NCBI GenBank assembly: GCA_951406725.2
Contig: OX597817.1
Coordinates: 59,334,001 to 59,398,000, forward strand
Origin: Octopus vulgaris
Taxonomy: Eukaryota
Reading direction: 5' to 3'
DNA length: 64,000 nt
How positions within the stretch are numbered: position 1 is the stretch's first letter; every line of letters starts with the position of its first letter. The position numbers and the translations under genes are program-made. Below are positions 13,921 to 26,875 of the stretch, piece by piece. The notes under the pieces were generated by a model. The model worked only from the letters and a program-made list of their open reading frames with translations, ran no database searches and had not been told where the DNA came from.

Positions 13921-15482
13921 GAAGGGAGAGCATTGTAGTTTGCTTGAAGCATTGTAGTATAGGAGTAGAAAAAAAAAGGAAAATGAAGAAAGCTTCTAAC
14001 AATGCAGAAAGTTTAACTAAACACTTATTGGATTGTTTCCATCTGAGGATTGGCCTTCACGCCTGAAATATAAACGTTTCTGTAAAACTTTCTGTTGGTT
14101 CTATCCAATTCCAGACAGGGGGCGAGAGACAGGCTGGGTGAGAGAACTGCGTATTACTCACCATAACTTTGGTACCCGATTCTTCAAGGTTCACAGTCCA
14201 CCGAAACTAACCTTGTTTTTGCCTTTTCTAAGTTCGGTGAAATAAGCAGCGGTATTCTTCCAGGATTTAAGGAAACAAGGAAATTAGTCGATAATTAGTT
14301 CATAGGAGTTCGACGAGGTCATTGACCGCTTTCGGCCTTCATCTTCGTTTGAGAGAGGAACGGTGATAAAAAGGTGGTCGTGGCGCTTTGGTTGGAGGCT
14401 AACCAATAACTACTATATACGGACAAGTGATTTCTCTTATTGGTTTCAGTCAAAGATGTTCACCTTAATAATTTGTTTTAGTTTGGTACGTCCTTTATCG
14501 ATTTCTATTTGTGAATGACTAAGTTACGGCGATGTTATAAAATTTGACACTGATGATCACGCGCGCATGCTACAGACTATCACAGACTTTCCATTTACCA
14601 AATTTTGCTCACAAAGCTTTTGTCCTTACGACCACAGGGATTGCGATTCAAGCTTTTTAACCATACGGCTGTGCTTGCATTAACTGATTCTGTCTTTTCT
14701 TGAAATTCTTTAGCTATGGAATGGTTTCTTTCACTCGAATATATGCTTTACTTGTGAGGTCACGTGGTCTAGTGATTAGGGTGTTGCATTCAAGATCCTT
14801 GGTTCGATTCCCCGACCGGGCGGTGCGTTGTGATCTTGAGCAAAATACTTCATTTTACGCTGCTCCAATCCATTCCGCTGCAAAATGAGTTCCAGCAATA
14901 GTCGGGAGAAGTTGACCCAGCGATGGACTGACGTCCTGGAGTGGGGATGGATTGTTATACTATGGACGACGCCCTGTTAAGCTCCGGCCTTAGGAGTCCC
15001 TAGGGCTTATGAAAGATCTACATATGGTTTACCTGATGTAGAATGTCCAGTTTATGACGCGTGTGGCCCTGGGTAGCGAATTGGCAGAGTCGGTCACAGC
15101 GTTAAATAGAATGACTTCGCGTTATTCGAACTCTCTGCGTTCAAATCCCGCCAACCTCAACAACGTCTTTGGTAGATTGACCTAACAACTGCTACAGGGT
15201 CGGATGAGATGCCCTGCAGTATCTGGTACTATAAAGATTCAAACAGCTTTGATCAGTGCAAAATAGAGGCCTTTCTCTTCGAAAAATTATGTTTGGATCT
15301 GCGCATAGAAACATGCGCAGGGGAACGATTTACATTGATCGACGGAGGCTGTACGAGTTGGTCCCGTTTATATTCAAGTGAATTATTGTCATTGAGGTTG
15401 TTCAGTCATGAGTCGGTCTTAATGAAACACAGAGATACGAGGAGCGAACGAATTTATCTAACCCCCTCTCTCTATATCTATC

Positions 15483-15538
<56 letters not shown>

Positions 15539-15667
15539 TAATGGTGTCATTGAGACCCAAAGGTGTCAGGTAATGCTGAATAAGTGCTATAGACAGACCA
15601 TAGTTAAGTTCCAGAGTCGGTAATATTGCGGATAAAGGGTTCAACGTTGGTTCTATGTCAGCGTGTG

Positions 15668-15809
15668 TATATATGAATTTTTGGGGTAATGAGATAAAAA
15701 AAAAAACAAGGCTGTATAGATATTAGAGCATTTATAGATATCTGTAGATGCTCTAATATCTATACAGCCTTGGTTTTTTTTATCTCATTACCCAAAAAAT
15801 TCATATATA
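15668..15809. repeat. About 140-bp spacer-less palindrome flanked by TA repeats
   Basis: tatatatgaatttttggggtaatgagat...agatatct...atctcattacccaaaaaattcatatata. Confidence 0.85.
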
Positions 15810-18669
15810 TATATTAAATCAAAGGCGTTTCACTTAAGATAAGACGAATATATATTTAGAATGTTGAGTAATTGATGTTGGCGGTTGTAAATTTGTGTCT
15901 ATTAATGTAACTAATTATCGGCTCTGTACAATAATGACTGAAATGGGATGAGCTTGAATAAGTATTATATAATAGCATTGGACCTAATTTTATAAAATAA
16001 ACACCATTTTATAAAATAAATAACATGTGTTTGACTAAATGACAGTTATAACTGTGCTTATAAATTATGCCGAAAACCAGAACTAGATAGGACATCGTGT
16101 AGGAAGGAGTGTAATAAATACAGAAGCTGTATATATTACACGGTGAACGGAAATAGTCAGAGAAAAATGTGTCAGAAATTTAAAGTCACCATTTTTGGAC
16201 AAGCGGGGAAAATCACAAAAAATGTGATATCTTTTAAATACCATAAATAATTGACACAATGATTAAACGGACATTATTTAAGTTGCTTATTAACTGACAA
16301 TACATAGTTGGTACACATTAGTAATACAGTTTATATCATTATATAACACTTATGTAAAAATATAAACGTTTTATTCTGTATCTTAAATGAAACAAATAAA
16401 AATAAGTCATTTATTGAACTTTTCCTGTAGGTTATTTTTTCTGTGAGTTTTTTCTCTTTTTTTTTTTGTGGATGCGGAATACTCAGCCTTTACGTACCCA
16501 CTCGACTTACAGGAAATAACAAAATTGTCTTCAAATCACACGCTACCATCTTAAAAATTGAAGAACACGGATCTTTTCAAAATTCTCCCAGCCACTTGAA
16601 TTATTTCAAATTTTCAGATTTTTTTTTTTATATTCTACACGTGTGTATGCTGGTAACGAAAATCACGTTCATTTTCTTTTAGAAATTAAAAAAAAAAAAA
16701 AAAAAAAAGTAACAAGTAACAAGCAACCGGAAACTTCCATTGCCGACATACCAGAAGTCATTAACAAGCAAATTTACATCTGTGTGGGAAATTTGACAAA
16801 AATCTGGCGAAAATTTGAATGTGGTTGAAAGTATTTTAGAAAAATCGAAAGACTGCTTGTTCACTGAATGTCTGAATCCGTTTGACCTGAGCTTCGTTGA
16901 GATTAATTAGAAGCGACAGTAAAAACATGTATCTCTGTCCTCTTAGCGTAATATTTATGACATGTCTTAAATACGGAGATAAACTCACTACTTGTTCATT
17001 CGGTTTTAATTCTCGCTTGAAAACATTCCTTTTCATTCGTGAGAAATGCATGAACGTTACAATGAAACACTGACATAACGTTTAGCTGGCAGAATAATTA
17101 ATGTATGTGTGCATTAAAATTTTAACTGTATCAATTTGTATGCAGCTACATATTTGAAAGACTTTTATTATTTACTAAATAATGCAATTTCGTCACAAGA
17201 ATTGGAAAATACTTTGCAGTACTTCTTCCTGCTCTTTACGTTCTGAGTTCAAATCCCGCCGAGGTCAACTTTGCCTTTCATCCATTATTTACTAAAATGA
17301 TTGAGAGCAACAATGTCCGAATCATAGGGGAAGGAAGTCGGGTACGACTTCTGAGGAGCGGTCAACAAAACCGTTTATCTGCACATCTATAATATATAAT
17401 GTTTACATTCTTATTTAATCTACAGGGAGGCTTTGTAATGTTTAAATTAATTCTGATTTACGATATGTTACAGATTATATTTAAATGTACACACATACAT
17501 ATTTGGTGCATCTCCGTCGTTCGGCTACAAGGATACAATTACTTGATCGAGTTAGTTTATAGTGGTTGAGTATTCCTAAAGACGTGTTCTCGGGCAAAGT
17601 CAGTGTAAGTCACTGTGTGTGGCTAACTTATGACTTTTGAATTAATCACAGTATACCTGATTGGCTTCTATATCGCTTCCGTCCATTCGGTTTCACTAAC
17701 AAGGTATGACTTGATCTGCAGCTGTATATAAATAAAAAATATTATATTTGCCCAAGATCGAACCCAGGACATCGTGATTACGAAGCGAACTTCTTAACCA
17801 TTCGGCCATACTGCACCGCACGCATGCACCAACAGAAAGAAACGCACATGTGTGTGTGTTCTAATTATACATCAAATGGCCTGGAATAAATAAAACAATC
17901 TTTAAACAAATTAAATGATGATTTCCAAGGAGGAAACGTTGTACAAATACATGTATGTATGTATTATACTATATTATATACATTTTAATTATATTTACAC
18001 TCTAATAATTATTCTAATAATGAGAAACGTTATTAGCAAATAGTTAAAGAATTACGTTTTTTGTGATTATTTTCAAAGACGTACTTTATTTACGAAAGAA
18101 TGAATATAAAATGATCTCTGTTGTATTAAGATATGTAGACGAGTCAACCAACCCAGCCTGATAAACGAAATTCCCCAAGTTTTTGCGCAGTTTATTGCTT
18201 GAAATTGCTGTTTGGCGGCATAGGTGTATTAGTTACGTAGAGATATTATAGAGAAACAGGGCGCCTGGTATGATGTATGGACGTGCTTTTTTTTTTTTTT
18301 TTCATGGAAATAAAATAGCTGAAAAGTGATAGGGGTGTACGAACGACTAAACTGACATTCCTTTATTACCGACTTAAATTCTTATAACCCCACCCCCTCC
18401 ACTCTTCACAGAAGTTCGGGGGAAAGTTGTCTGCTTTTATTATTGCTAAATGGAATTGGGACAAAATAATAATAATAACAATAATAATAATAATAATGAT
18501 AATAATAACAAAAAAATGTCATGCATCATTTGTTCCGGTTCCTTAGGTTTTCAGTTCCGATTCCTAACGAAATCAACTGTGCCTTTCCTGGGTCGATATA
18601 GTACCAGTTAAATACTAGAATCGATGTTGCTTCCCCACAAATTTCTGATCCTTTTTTTTTTTTTTTTTT

Positions 18670-18797
18670 ACCAACCAGATGGTTCCGTGTTCAGTTCCAT
18701 TTGAATGGCACCTTGGGCAAGTGTCTTCTACTGTAGCCTCGGGCCGACCAAAGCCTTGTGAGTGGATTTGGTAGACGGAAACTGAAAGAAGCCCATC

Positions 18798-18861
<64 letters not shown>

Positions 18862-19051
18862 TTGTCACCCTCAACATCGCTTGACAACCGATGCTGGTGT
18901 GTTTATGTCCCCCGTAACTTAGCGGTTCGGCAAAAGCGACCGATAGAATAAGTACTAGGCTTACAAAGAATAAGTCCTGGGGTGGATGTGCTCGACTAAA
19001 GGCGGTGCTCCAGCATGGCCACAGTCAAATGACTGAAACAAGTAAAAGAGT
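18670..19051 (+). mobile_element. CORE-type SINE, near full length
   Basis: Same family; tail GGCGGTGCTCCAGCATGGCC...GAAACAAGTAAAAGAG. Confidence 0.85.
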
Positions 19052-19392
19052 ATTATTGTTGTTTAGCCCCGGGTCTGTCCTGAACAGTCAGATCCACCAT
19101 CAAAAAGTGTTATCCCGTTCTTTTAAGACATCCAAGAGTGATTCGGGGAAATTCGGTTATTTCATACCATGGCCATCCCATCTTCTATATATTCTATAGC
19201 TTAATGTACTCCCCCACTACATTATTCAATGTGTCCTTCAATATTTTTTTTTTTATGACAGTGAGAATATTTAGTTGCTATTTCTAACTAAAAGATCGAC
19301 CACGTAATGTCTCCCGCGTTGGCTTGTTGTCATGGTCGTCGTTGCTTTGATAACAGTCTACAAGGTCAATCTGTCTCTATTTCGACATTCCA

Positions 19393-19394
<2 letters not shown>

Positions 19395-19436
<42 letters not shown>

Positions 19437-19900
19437 ATATTTCTACGTTCTATTCACTTTATCTCTCTCTTTCTCTCCCTTTTCTATCTATCTCCTTCTT
19501 TCCATTTTTCTATCTTTGTCTTTCTCTCCCTCTCTATCCGTCTATCTCTATACATTCCATTCACTCTCTCTCTCTCTTTCTCCCTCTGCTTTTCTATCTA
19601 TCTTTCTCTCTCTCTCTCCCTCTGCGTATCTATCTGTTTTTCTATCTTTCTTTCTCTCTCTCTCTCGCTCTGCGTATCTATCTGTTTTTTCTATCTATCT
19701 CTTTTTCTCTCCCTCTGCGTATCTATCTGTTTTTCTATCTTTCTCTCCCTCTGCGTATCTATCTGTTTTTCTATCTATCTTTCTCTCTCTCTCTCTCTCC
19801 CTCTGCATATCTATCTATTTTTCTATCTTTCTTTCTCTCTTTCTCCCTCTGCGTATCTATCTGTTTCTCTCTCTCCCCTCCCTCTCTCTATCTATATTTG
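19395..19900. repeat. Pyrimidine-rich minisatellite
   Basis: Repeated unit CTCTGCGTATCTATCTGTTTTTCTATCT plus (CT)n, about 6-7 copies. Confidence 0.9.
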
Positions 19901-21760
19901 TCTTTCTATGCCTCTCCATTTCCACATTCCATTCACAACATATTTTGGTCGCCATTTCCTTCTTCTCATTCAGTGTGAAAAAAAAGTAAAAACCAAACAA
20001 ACAGCCCCCCAATGTCGTCGTCTGCTGACTGACTGATGATGACCGACAAGCCACGACGACGGACCAACTTTTTTGTAAAGTTTGGCCCCATTCCAGCTAA
20101 ACATTCCTTTTAACCCGTCTATCAACTGTTGCACTTAAATACTACTACTGCTACTGCTGCTGTTTAGCCCGGGGTCGGCTGTGATTGAGTAGACAGGCTT
20201 GTGATCAAAGCCTTCCGACCATGACCGTCTTGTTTAGTTTTTCTCAGACGTGGCTGTGGCATTCACTTTTTCTCAACTATTTGTTTATGGGTTCAATCCC
20301 ACCGTGTGATTCTTTAGGCAAGTACCTTCTATCATAGCCCCGGGCCAAGAAAGAAGCCCGCCGTATATGTGTGTCTGTGTTTGTCCTCCCGGCTTCGCTT
20401 GACAACCGATGCTGGTGTGTTTACGACCCCCGTAACTTAGCAGTTCGGCAAAACAGACCAATAGAATAAGTACCAGGCTTACAAAGAATTTGTTCGACTA
20501 AAGGCGGTGCTCCAGCATGGCCGCAGTCAAATGACTGAAACAAGTAAAAGAATAACCAAATATTCGGGAACATCTATGTTGGATCTATTTCAGTGAAGCG
20601 AAGAAGTTGGGACCAATGCAGTTTCGCACCTTTCTTTGAAAAGGGCTTTTTTTTTTTAAAGTTTTTCCGGATTCCTACGTTTTAAATGTCGGAAATTACG
20701 AACATGCATTTAAAAAACTGCTTTAATTTCCCCCGCCCACCCACCTCTTTCCCGCCCCCAATTAAAAATTTTTATTTTGTTCAATTGAAAGAGATCGGAG
20801 CGGATTGATGAGCATATGCAAATCGAAATTAAATACAGACAAAAACACATTCAAGTGAAAAGAATTTGCCTTTTATTTGTGTTTGCCTTAATAATATAAT
20901 ATAAATTAAATATACACCAGTTTATGAAAAACAAACATTAATATTTAATAATTAGTGTTATAAAGTTTAATAAGGGGCTCAAATTTCACCCCTCCCCCAA
21001 TTTTAAATTTTGAACTTTTTCATCCATTTATTTGTCTATCTTATTTATCTCTGTCCTTTTATTCGTATACTCTTTTACTTGTTTCAGTCATTTGACTGCG
21101 GCCATGCTGGAGCACCGCCTTTAGTCGAGCAAGTCGACCCCAGGACTTATTCTTTGTAAGCCTAGTACTTATTCTATCTGTCTCTTTTTGCCGAACCGCT
21201 AAGTTACGGAGACGTAAACACACCAGCATCGGTTGTCAAGCGATGTTGGGGGGATAAACACAGACACACACACACACATATATATGCATATATATGACGG
21301 GCTTCTTTCAGTTTCCGTCTACCAAATCCACTCACAAGGCTTTGGTTGGCCTGAGGCTAGAGTAAATATATAGTATATATAATAGATATAATATAATTTT
21401 TTTTTATTTGCATCCGACATCTAAAACTGCATCAAGTCCCACGAAGTAATAATAATACTTTATTCTAAGCATAAACCAACAGGTCATGCACTAGTAATAT
21501 AGTAATAAATATACTGTTTGCTACTAATGTTATTAGTATCGTTTACTGCTGCTAATGGTGATTCATCGGTGTTAAAATAGCTCAGTGGTTGCCGTAGTGA
21601 TGATGGCGATGAAGAAGAAGAAGATACTGTATTAAGTAAAGCAAGCGAGAAAACTTTACTCTGATATCTCTTTATGCCTGACTCTCGTTTTGCTGTTCCG
21701 TAAGTTCATTGTTTTGTTGCTGTGCTTGTGTATACGGTACCAGGTATCTGTGTGTGTGTA

Positions 21761-21847
<87 letters not shown>

Positions 21848-24178
21848 GTGTATATATATATGTATGTATGTGTGTATATATATATGTATGTATGTGTGTA
21901 TATATATATGTATGTATGTATATAACGTATGATAATGTGATGTTATGTACTATTTCGTGTGTGTGTGTGATGAATAATTATAACAGTTATGATAATATAT
22001 AGCAACTGATGATGATGATAATGATAATCTAGATGATAATGATAATCTATGGCGTTTATTTGTACCATTTCAGCTTTGCGTGCCAACTGTAACATACATC
22101 CCTCATTTCAAATTCTAATTTCCAAAAATGTCCCAAGAAGAACAATCATTTCTTTCAAATTGTGTGTGCGTTTATTAAACTTTTTCAATTAAAAAGGGTG
22201 AGAGTGATTTTGAAACTTCGAAGTCTCTATCACCCCTGTTGTAAAAGTTTTCTAGACATGTACTCTATTAACAAGTATTGAGCAATGCTTTAGTTTTATT
22301 ATTCAATTGGTTTTGGGGGGGTTTTTTGTAACTTAATACAAAATCAAACATCATGTACGTGTGTGAGAGAGAGTATGATTGTGTATGTGTGCGTATGTAT
22401 GTATACATATATACTTGCATACATACATACTTGCATACACACATCATACATACATACATACATACATACATACATACATACATACATACATACATACATA
22501 CATACATACATACATACAAACATTCTTACATACATACATGATGATGATGCTTTAATCTGTTGTTTGGTAGAAGAACGAACGAAAGATAGAATTATGTTTT
22601 TGATACGTTTTCGCTTTAAAATTCTTCAACATTGCTAAGAATAATTTCCAATCACCTTTACTAGTTCCAATTATTTATCGAGACCATTCTCTGATTCTCG
22701 TCCCATATAAATATATAAACGGCTTTCTCCTGTTCGTTAATTTTCATGTTTCTTGCGAATGAGTGCCCCCCCCCCACCGGATTTTGTTTCCTCATAACTT
22801 TCTGAAAAATAATTAATTTTTAATGAAGCTCTGCAGAGATAAGTTTTCGGGAATGTAAAATAAAGTTTAGTGGGGAGAGAAATTCCTTAAAGAGTTTCAG
22901 ATCGTTCGAGCCCTGCTTTGTTATTTTATTCTTTTTAACATTGGACTGCGGCCTTGATTGGACATCACTTTAGGGGGGATTTTAGTCAAATCGCCTCCAG
23001 TACTTACTTTAAAAATAAAAATCTGGCTCTTATTCTGCCGATTTTGTTTACCGAATCGCTAAGTGACGTAGATGTAAATAGATTAATTCCGATTGTCAAG
23101 TAGTGTGGCTGGGACAAATAAAGGCGCACGTGTCTGATTAACAAGCTAACCACATGGTTTTGGGTTCAGTCCCACTGCGAGGTACAGGTGTCTTCCACTA
23201 ATAGCCCCGGGCTGACCAGTGCCTGTGGGTAAATTTGGTCAACAGAAACTGCACAGTAGCTGGTCGTGTGTCTTCGTGCCACAGCTTGACCGATGTTTTG
23301 TTCACACCCCACCCTCTTAACAGGTCGGTAAAAATTTCCGATAGAATAAGTACCAAATTTCAAACTGGGATCGATTTATTCGAATAAAATTCTTCAAGGC
23401 GGTGCCTCAGCATGACTGCAATTCAATAATTGAAACAAATCAGCAGTATGTATGTGCATATCTGTGTGTGTGTGTGTGTGTGTAATTTATAGTTGAAAAA
23501 ATAAATTTTCATTGTTTGCTATCACTTTGTATATGTTTGTGTGTATGTTTATGTACTTGTGTGTGTGTCTATTGTTTGTATGTGTGTGTTTGAACCATCA
23601 CACCTTGATATCGAACCCTGTCTCTTATGATTGTGAATTGAACTTTTTAACTACTCTGCTATGATTGCAATTTGGATTGTACATGGTGTTTGTTGATTGT
23701 TGCGAACAATATCTAGCGTTTTAGACTGTTGCAAATGGTTGTGTTGACTGAGTGTTACCATCAAACGAGACAAACTGTTGCTAACAACATAGTCTTTCGG
23801 CCTTTATTACAAAATGTTGCGAGCTAATAGTGACGTTGCTAATGTCTAACGACTTAACATTGTTGCTAATTGATGTCTAGCTGTTATTGACTGTTCTCAA
23901 TGATTTTTGGAGAAGTATGAAATCCAAAAGTTGGCTTTGGATAGGAATTGAACTTGGGACATAAATGGTGGTGGTGGCGGCGTTGTATGTACTTGTGTGT
24001 ATGTGTGTGTGTATCTATATATACTCGTATACTACGTGTGTGTGTTGATGTAATAGTACTAACTAGTAATAATTGTATATAATTTAAACATAGAAGACTT
24101 AGCAGTGTGTGTGTGTATTATATATATATATATATGTGTGTGCATATATATATGTGTGTGTGTGTATATATATGTGTA

Positions 24179-24298
<120 letters not shown>

Positions 24299-24450
24299 GA
24301 GGCGCAATGGCCTAGTGGTTAGGGCAGCGGACTCGCGGTCGCAGGATCGCGGTTTCGATTCTCAGACCGGGCGTTGCGTGTGTTTATTGAGCGAAAACAC
24401 CTAAAAAAGCTCTACGAGGCTCCGGCAGGGGGTGGTGATCCCTGCTGTAC
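24299..24450 (+). mobile_element. tRNA-derived SINE family 3 (possibly tRNA-Arg). Related copies near 14755, 34720, 36425-36770 (-), 41195-41458 (-), 48355
   Basis: TGGCCTAGTGGTTAGG A box and GGTTTCGATTC B box followed by a non-tRNA body. Confidence 0.75.
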
Positions 24451-26808
24451 TGTTTCACCACAATGGCGGTGCCCCAGCATGGCCACAGCTCAAGAGCTGA
24501 AACTGGAAAAACAAAACAAAAACAAAAAAATATATATGTGTGTGTGTGTGTGTGTGTGCGTATGTGTAAAGCCAACGAATTCTGTTTTACACAGTGTTTA
24601 CCCCAACGCTCAATTTTTTCTCTGGTAAGAGTGTTTAAGTAAAGACTTCCACCTAAAGACCACCACCAATGAAAATAATACTACTTAATACAATTGTAAC
24701 TGTGAATTCCTTAACTATTGGCTTTCAATCAAGACATTCTGGCAGTCAGCCATCGCAAGACTAATAATAAAAGATATGCCATTCAGTTACGGTTAGTTCC
24801 CCCCCTTCCCCCACACCTATCTGCAGAATGGTGTTGTTGTTGTTGTTGATGTTGTTTAACCCCGGGCCAGCCATGATCAAGGAGACCTAACAGAGATGGT
24901 GTAGTTATTAGTTGCTGTTGTTGTTGTTGTTGTTTAACTCCAGGCCAGTGCTGGCCAAACTGAAGTATGATCGAATACATTCCAGCCATAACGATGCTGT
25001 CGTTTTGGAGTGGCATAGTGTACCGCATACTACATTATCTGCTGTGATATCTTTGTTTTAAGATGCGAGAGGGTGGAGGAGGATTCTTGGCTGTTCTTTC
25101 ACTCTAGCTCTGCACCCTTCTGCTTTGTGTGTGTGTGTGTGTGTGTAAGAGAGTATAAATTTCTGCAAGGAAACCCACTCTGACTTCCATCTGTCTCATG
25201 CTGAAGCGAAGAATGCTAAGTGAGCCGTGTGGGATTCTAATTTTAGTGACATTCACTTTGGTTTGGAATGTTCCCATAGCAGGTGTGCTAATCTTCTTAA
25301 AATAGATTCTTCTGGGTGATTCATTGGCCTATTTTTGGCCATTTTACTGGTTCTTTAGTTTTTGGCCTAGTTCAGCATTTGGAATTGTGTGGGTTTGCCT
25401 CAAGAATTCTTCACATGGATGCCATCAATTTCAAAAAAGAAGTAAATATCATAGTTATTATAGTTACCCTCTCTCTCTCCCTCCCTCTCTCTCTCTCCCT
25501 CTCCCTCTCTCTCATGGTATGTTAAATGTTTCTAACAACGAAATTCTGTATGTTTCTCTCCATCCTTCTTCTCTTGTTTCAGCCATTCAACTGTGGCCAA
25601 GCTGGGGCACAGCCTTGAAGGATTTTAGTGAAACAAACCAACGCCAGTGCACGAGTACTGAGTTGATTTGTTTTTATTCCATCAATCTTCATTACCACTA
25701 AGTCAAAAGGACACAAACAAACCAACACTGGTTGTCAGACAGTGGGTAGGAGACAAACATAGACACACAAAGACGTATATGTGGGACTATAGCAGAAGAC
25801 ACTTGCCCAAGGTGCTGTGCAATGACATTGAACTCCAAACCACCTGCTTACAAACCAAGCTTCTTAACCACACAGCCATTCCTACACCATGTTTATTTAT
25901 TTATTTATTTTGTGATTTATGAAAATATGGTCATCTGTTGTAAGTTCATAAAGAGCCAATCACTGGTTTAATGCATTTCTGATTGTGGGAATGGTAAGGG
26001 AGTATCTGTAACTAGGTGCAGAACAGATATTATAAGGAACTTTGTTGATATGGAATTTTTTTTTTGTCCAATTTTCTGTATTCTATGCTGACTTAAACTG
26101 GTAAAAGATGTGCAAGTACATCTACATTTTCCTGACTCCTAAGCAGCCTCCGTCCATCAAATTCCATGCAGCAGGCATTGACCAACATCGGTCAGTGGCA
26201 GGAGTAACTTGTCCAAGGTACTGCAATGTGGAATAAAGGACAGAATGACACAGTAATGTCTCTAACTAGCTGCAGAACAATATTAGTTTCAAATTTTGGC
26301 ACAGCACCAGCTATTTCAGGGGAGGTGTAAGTCGATTACATTACCCCCAGTATGCAACTGGTATTATCTTATCAACATCCAAAATCAGCCTCAATGGAAT
26401 TTGAGCTTGGAATGTAAAAATGGACAAAATGTTGCTTAGCGTTTTGTCCTACATGCTAATGATTCTGTCAGCTCCCCACCTTACAGCAGAACAACACTGC
26501 AAGGAACACACATATTAACCATTCAGAAACACCCAAAAATCTGTTAAATTCACTTAAACATTTATTATTTGGTATCAACATTTTCCTCACACCAACTGCA
26601 ACCTAGTCACTGACTTGAAAAAAAAAATGTCTTTCTTTTTTTTTAGTTTGTTTACATTCTTTGATTTATATTAGCAAAAAGATATACATACATATATCTA
26701 CAATAGTGATGATGGTAATCTGTCTGATTTCTAATTTTCTTTCATTTCTTCTTCATTGCAGTTCAATTTGGAGCTTGTGAGGAATCAGTTTAACAAAAAT
26801 TTCTAGAA

Positions 26809-26875
26809 ATGCAGTCCTCACCGTACAGAGATCCACCGCCATACCCAGGACATTCTAAACAACTATTACAGCCTG
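26809..26875 (+). CDS. AMOT: Angiomotin-like coding exon 1 (MQSSPYRDPPPYPGHSKQLLQP)
   Basis: Acceptor ttcattgcag ends at 26761; in-frame TAA at 26791-26793 precedes ATG 26809; donor G|gtaagt; PPxY motif. Confidence 0.85.

Noticed and set aside
19590-19870. CRISPR-like repeat/spacer pattern (also 50682-50962)
   Set aside because: Eukaryotic context, the spacers are just variable microsatellite, and there are no cas genes.
19307-20036. 223-aa and 234-aa S/L/F-rich ORFs
   Set aside because: Translations of a CT-rich minisatellite; all three frames are open.
24299-24372. Possible tRNA gene
   Set aside because: No good acceptor stem; it continues into a SINE body found in several copies.
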